Source: an uncultured Clostridia bacterium
GTDB lineage: Bacteria > Bacillota > Clostridia > Christensenellales > UBA1242
Reading direction: 5' to 3'
DNA length: 64,000 nt
Assembly: GCA_947593585.1 (NCBI GenBank)
Contig: CANQDP010000004.1
Location: 30,227 to 94,226 of the forward strand
Each line of letters starts with the position of its first letter. Position 1 is the first letter of the stretch. The translations under genes and the position numbers were made by a program. Below the pieces are notes generated by a model. It had not been told where the DNA came from. It saw only the letters and a program-made list of their open reading frames with translations, and did not search any database. Of this stretch, positions 61,051-64,000 are shown piece after piece.

Positions 61051-64000
61051 ATGAAACAGTCTTTATCCAAAAAGCGAATTAAGTTTAACATCATCGCCGG
61101 TGTCTGCTTGCTTGTGCTTGCGGCTCTGGTGATTTCTTCTGTCGGCATTATGCTGAACCTCAAAAAGCCGAGCCCAGAGGGCGGGCCTCAGTCCAGCGTC
61201 AATCCTATGGAATGGAACATTGATGAGTGGGATGGTTCTTCTAGCAAGAACGAATTTTTCTCAGGCGAAGATTTTGCCAATCGTGGCAAGGCGTTCACAA
61301 TCAACTCCGCCAATGCTTTCGCTTACTTTGTTTCAGTTGTAAACAATCCTCAAGAAGCAGCAAAATATAATTTCTTTAAAGGTTACACGGTTTATCTCAA
61401 CAAGAGCATAGATTTATCCAATCAGCAGATTGCTTCAATCGGTGTGGAATATAACGGCCATTCCACCTTCCAAGGTGTTTTTGATGGTGCGTACTACACA
61501 ATCTTCAATGCCAACCTAACAGGCGGTTTGTTCAACTTTGTTGAAAACGCCACAATCAAAAACCTTGGCTTATATAACGCCACAATTAAATCTTCGTTGC
61601 CTTGCGTGGGCGCAATAGCCAATAGGGCAGTGTCATCAAACATAGAAAACTGCTTTGTCCGCCTCGGCTCAGTTCAGGCAGATAATGTTGCCGGCTTGGT
61701 GGGCGAGATGTCCGGCTCTTGCCAAATCTCAAACTCTTTCGCTCACACCTCTTTGTTAGGCAATGCCGCCGGCTTGCTGTTCTCTTTCAAAGAGCCAGAG
61801 CAAGAAGATGTCAGCCTCACAATCTCACACTGCTATTATCTCAATGCGGATTTAGATGTTAGCCAAATCTCAATCGAGCCGGAAAGAGAGCAAGTTCTTC
61901 AAAATCCATCTAAGGCAGATTTTTCTAAGTGGGATTATTCAGCCTCCTATTCTCTTTCTCACACATGGTGCGATTGCGGGTCCACTGAATATTCTTTCCC
62001 TCTTCCAATTCTCACTAGGTTTAACAAAACATTCACCACGGGCGCATGCTATGAGTCCGTTGTGCACAAAGATAATGGGGACATTTTAAATGCCGACACT
62101 CTTTCATCCGCCTTTTCTCAATTGGCAGATAACGACACAGCCGAAATAAGCATCATCATTCCGCAGTTGTCTGTGGATGAAACTGCCGTCATCTCAGCCA
62201 ATGCCGAACTAACTCTCACCTCGGCGGTGGACACAGTGCTCACCCGTGGCAAGGCAAACACTTCATCAATGCTCGTTTCCTCCGGCTCGTCATCACTCAA
62301 AATCACGGGCACACACTCAATCACCCTAGATGGCAACCGCGCCTATGTCGAGGCAAATCACCTCACATCTCGCTCAGCCGTCATCGCAATGGGCACAAAT
62401 GTCCAAATAGGCGAGAATGTAACCATTCAAAATAACATAAATAACTCCGACGGTCTAGGCGGAGGTCTTTTAATTTACAATGTGGCAGAAGGTCAACTTC
62501 AAGATGAATTAACGGGCGAATTTAATATGCTCGAAATTCACGGCACAATCACCAACTGCTCAGGCAAAAATGGCGGTGGCACAGCCGTCATCGGCACCGC
62601 CACAAATAACCACCAAACAATCACCAACTGCACCGCAGAGAATGGCGGTGGTCTTTTCATAACAGATGAAATAAAAGAAACCTCTGCCATCCGCGCCACC
62701 ATTAAAGAATTTTCTGGCAGGAAAATCACCACTATGGCTAGGTCAGAACCAACGGGCAGCACCACTCTTAGTGGCACATATTCTAATAATACCACATCTT
62801 CAAATGGTGGTGGAATTTACGGTTATTTTTCATCAACCGGCACACTTAAACTAGATGGAGCAACTATAATGGAGAATAGTGCTTATTATGGCGGAGGAAT
62901 GTGGTTGGGGAAAAGTGGCATTTCAACGGTTTCTGTAACAGATAAAGTAAGTCCTGATAATATGACGAACATTGGTCGTAACAAGGCAGAATATGATGGT
63001 GGAGGAATATACTCTAATGGTGTAGACCTATCAATTTATTGCTCATATATCTATTTAAATACTACTACAACTGAAAGATACAATTTGCAAGACGGTGGAG
63101 GAGGATTATATGTTCGGTGCGCAAATCTAACATTGGATGGTAAATATGGAGCAGAAGTAACAGACAATGAGTCTGCCGGGAATGGCGGAGGCATACTCTT
63201 CTATACCGAAACGTCTGGTCAAAAGCTCGTTGTATCAAATTCATCCGTTTCAACAAATACAGCCGTATCTAGTGGTGGAGGAATTTATCTTCAGGCTACG
63301 AATAACGCTTCTAGCACTTCGAAAAACTCAGCGTCATTCAGCAATTGCACTATTCAAGGTAATACAGCGGAAAGTGGTGGTGGAATTTTCATTGAAGATT
63401 GTGATTCAGTGTCTTTTGATAGGCCCAATATCACAGAAAACACCGCTAACTATCGTGGTGGCGGAGTGTGCAATAATAACTGCTCAAGTTCAAATATTCA
63501 TGCAAATTATTTAGACACAGAGCATTGCTATGATAACACGGCTAATAATGCTGGCAATAACACCTATGGTATGGGTGAAATGACATATAATTTCTATAAG
63601 ACTACGGGTGTGGGATTGTATATAATTGGCGCTTGGTACGACATTTATTATCTAGATCCTATTCCCTATTATCAACCTGAACTTTCTGGTTATCTTTTTA
63701 TAGGTTGGGCAACCTTTGCAGCAGGTCTTGATTACATCCAAAATGTCCCTTCTCCAGGGTTGTTTACATCTGGAAATCGTAACTACTATCCAGTTTGGGT
63801 TAACAATGAGGGCACTCGTGATGGTTCTTCCATCTCGGGCGTCAACGCAATAGTTTATCATGAAACTGGTCCAATTTATATGGATAGTTTTGGACAATGC
63901 ACTCAAACAAACTATTACACAAATGTAACAAAATATTATAGTTGTGATTTAGGGTCCACCAAAACGGACACTACTGGTGGAGTTTTACATACAACCTTTA
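61051..64000 (+). CDS. Large exported surface protein (GLUG-like, GGG[I/L] beta-helix and InlB-B-like repeats), runs off window end
   Basis: ATG 61051 with GGGGGA SD and signal/anchor IIAGVCLLVLAALVI. WDG, FQGVFDG, GLFNFV, many GGGIY motifs, GYLFIGW. No stop seen in the lines spot-checked. Absent from the ORF track, consistent with no stop in window. Confidence 0.88.
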   Translation, partial: MKQSLSKKRIKFNIIAGVCLLVLAALVISSVGIMLNLKKPSPEGGPQSSVNPMEWNIDEWDGSSSKNEFFSGEDFANRGKAFTINSANAFAYFVSVVNNPQEAAKYNFFKGYTVYLNKSIDLSNQQIASIGVEYNGHSTFQGVFDGAYYTIFNANLTGGLFNFVENATIKNLGLYNATIKSSLPCVGAIANRAVSSNIENCFVRLGSVQADNVAGLVGEMSGSCQISNSFAHTSLLGNAAGLLFSFKEPEQEDVSLTISHCYYLNADLDVSQISIEPEREQVLQNPSKADFSKWDYSASYSLSHTWCDCGSTEYSFPLPILTRFNKTFTTGACYESVVHKDNGDILNADTLSSAFSQLADNDTAEISIIIPQLSVDETAVISANAELTLTSAVDTVLTRGKANTSSMLVSSGSSSLKITGTHSITLDGNRAYVEANHLTSRSAVIAMGTNVQIGENVTIQNNINNSDGLGGGLLIYNVAEGQLQDELTGEFNMLEIHGTITNCSGKNGGGTAVIGTATNNHQTITNCTAENGGGLFITDEIKETSAIRATIKEFSGRKITTMARSEPTGSTTLSGTYSNNTTSSNGGGIYGYFSSTGTLKLDGATIMENSAYYGGGMWLGKSGISTVSVTDKVSPDNMTNIGRNKAEYDGGGIYSNGVDLSIYCSYIYLNTTTTERYNLQDGGGGLYVRCANLTLDGKYGAEVTDNESAGNGGGILFYTETSGQKLVVSNSSVSTNTAVSSGGGIYLQATNNASSTSKNSASFSNCTIQGNTAESGGGIFIEDCDSVSFDRPNITENTANYRGGGVCNNNCSSSNIHANYLDTEHCYDNTANNAGNNTYGMGEMTYNFYKTTGVGLYIIGAWYDIYYLDPIPYYQPELSGYLFIGWATFAAGLDYIQNVPSPGLFTSGNRNYYPVWVNNEGTRDGSSISGVNAIVYHETGPIYMDSFGQCTQTNYYTNVTKYYSCDLGSTKTDTTGGVLHTTF

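Noticed and set aside
63167-63514. Separate ORFs near the window end
   Set aside because: Alternative-frame shadows of the long ORF starting at 61051.

Overview
Low-GC chromosomal window from a spore-forming Clostridia-type Firmicute (spoIVA, T-box, CtsR/HrcA boxes, sigmaE/K-type promoters), probably an uncultured gut lineage (inference). It is mostly housekeeping: ung, glmM, lgt, T-box-aspS-asnS, spoIVA, rsmD-ogg, nfeD-floA, folD, holB-ricT-rsmI, greA, murB-PHP-whiA-dnaE, uvrC, ctsR-mcsA-mcsB-clpC, obgE-yhbY, nth, tsaE-tsaB/rimI. Single orphan genes and two surface-protein loci are interspersed. No integrase, transposase, phage block or CRISPR array is visible. Main points of interest: (1) a 23S-5S unit with no 16S gene, carrying A2059G; (2) a 327-bp structured, protein-free element that duplicates the 5S 3' end and carries a 15-nt antisense copy of 5S; (3) pervasive leaderless promoter architecture (-10 box, 6 nt, ATG); (4) a histone-H1-like protein with two in-frame starts (membrane-anchored or free); (5) a ctsR operon with an extra CIRCE and a catalytically eroded McsB; (6) several full-length but motif-degenerate enzymes and Asn-rich in-frame insertions; (7) a poly-G-containing alternative-structure leader on a large mosaic surface protein. 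All calls are by eye, with no database search. Several start codons were re-assigned from the ORF track using SD and promoter evidence.
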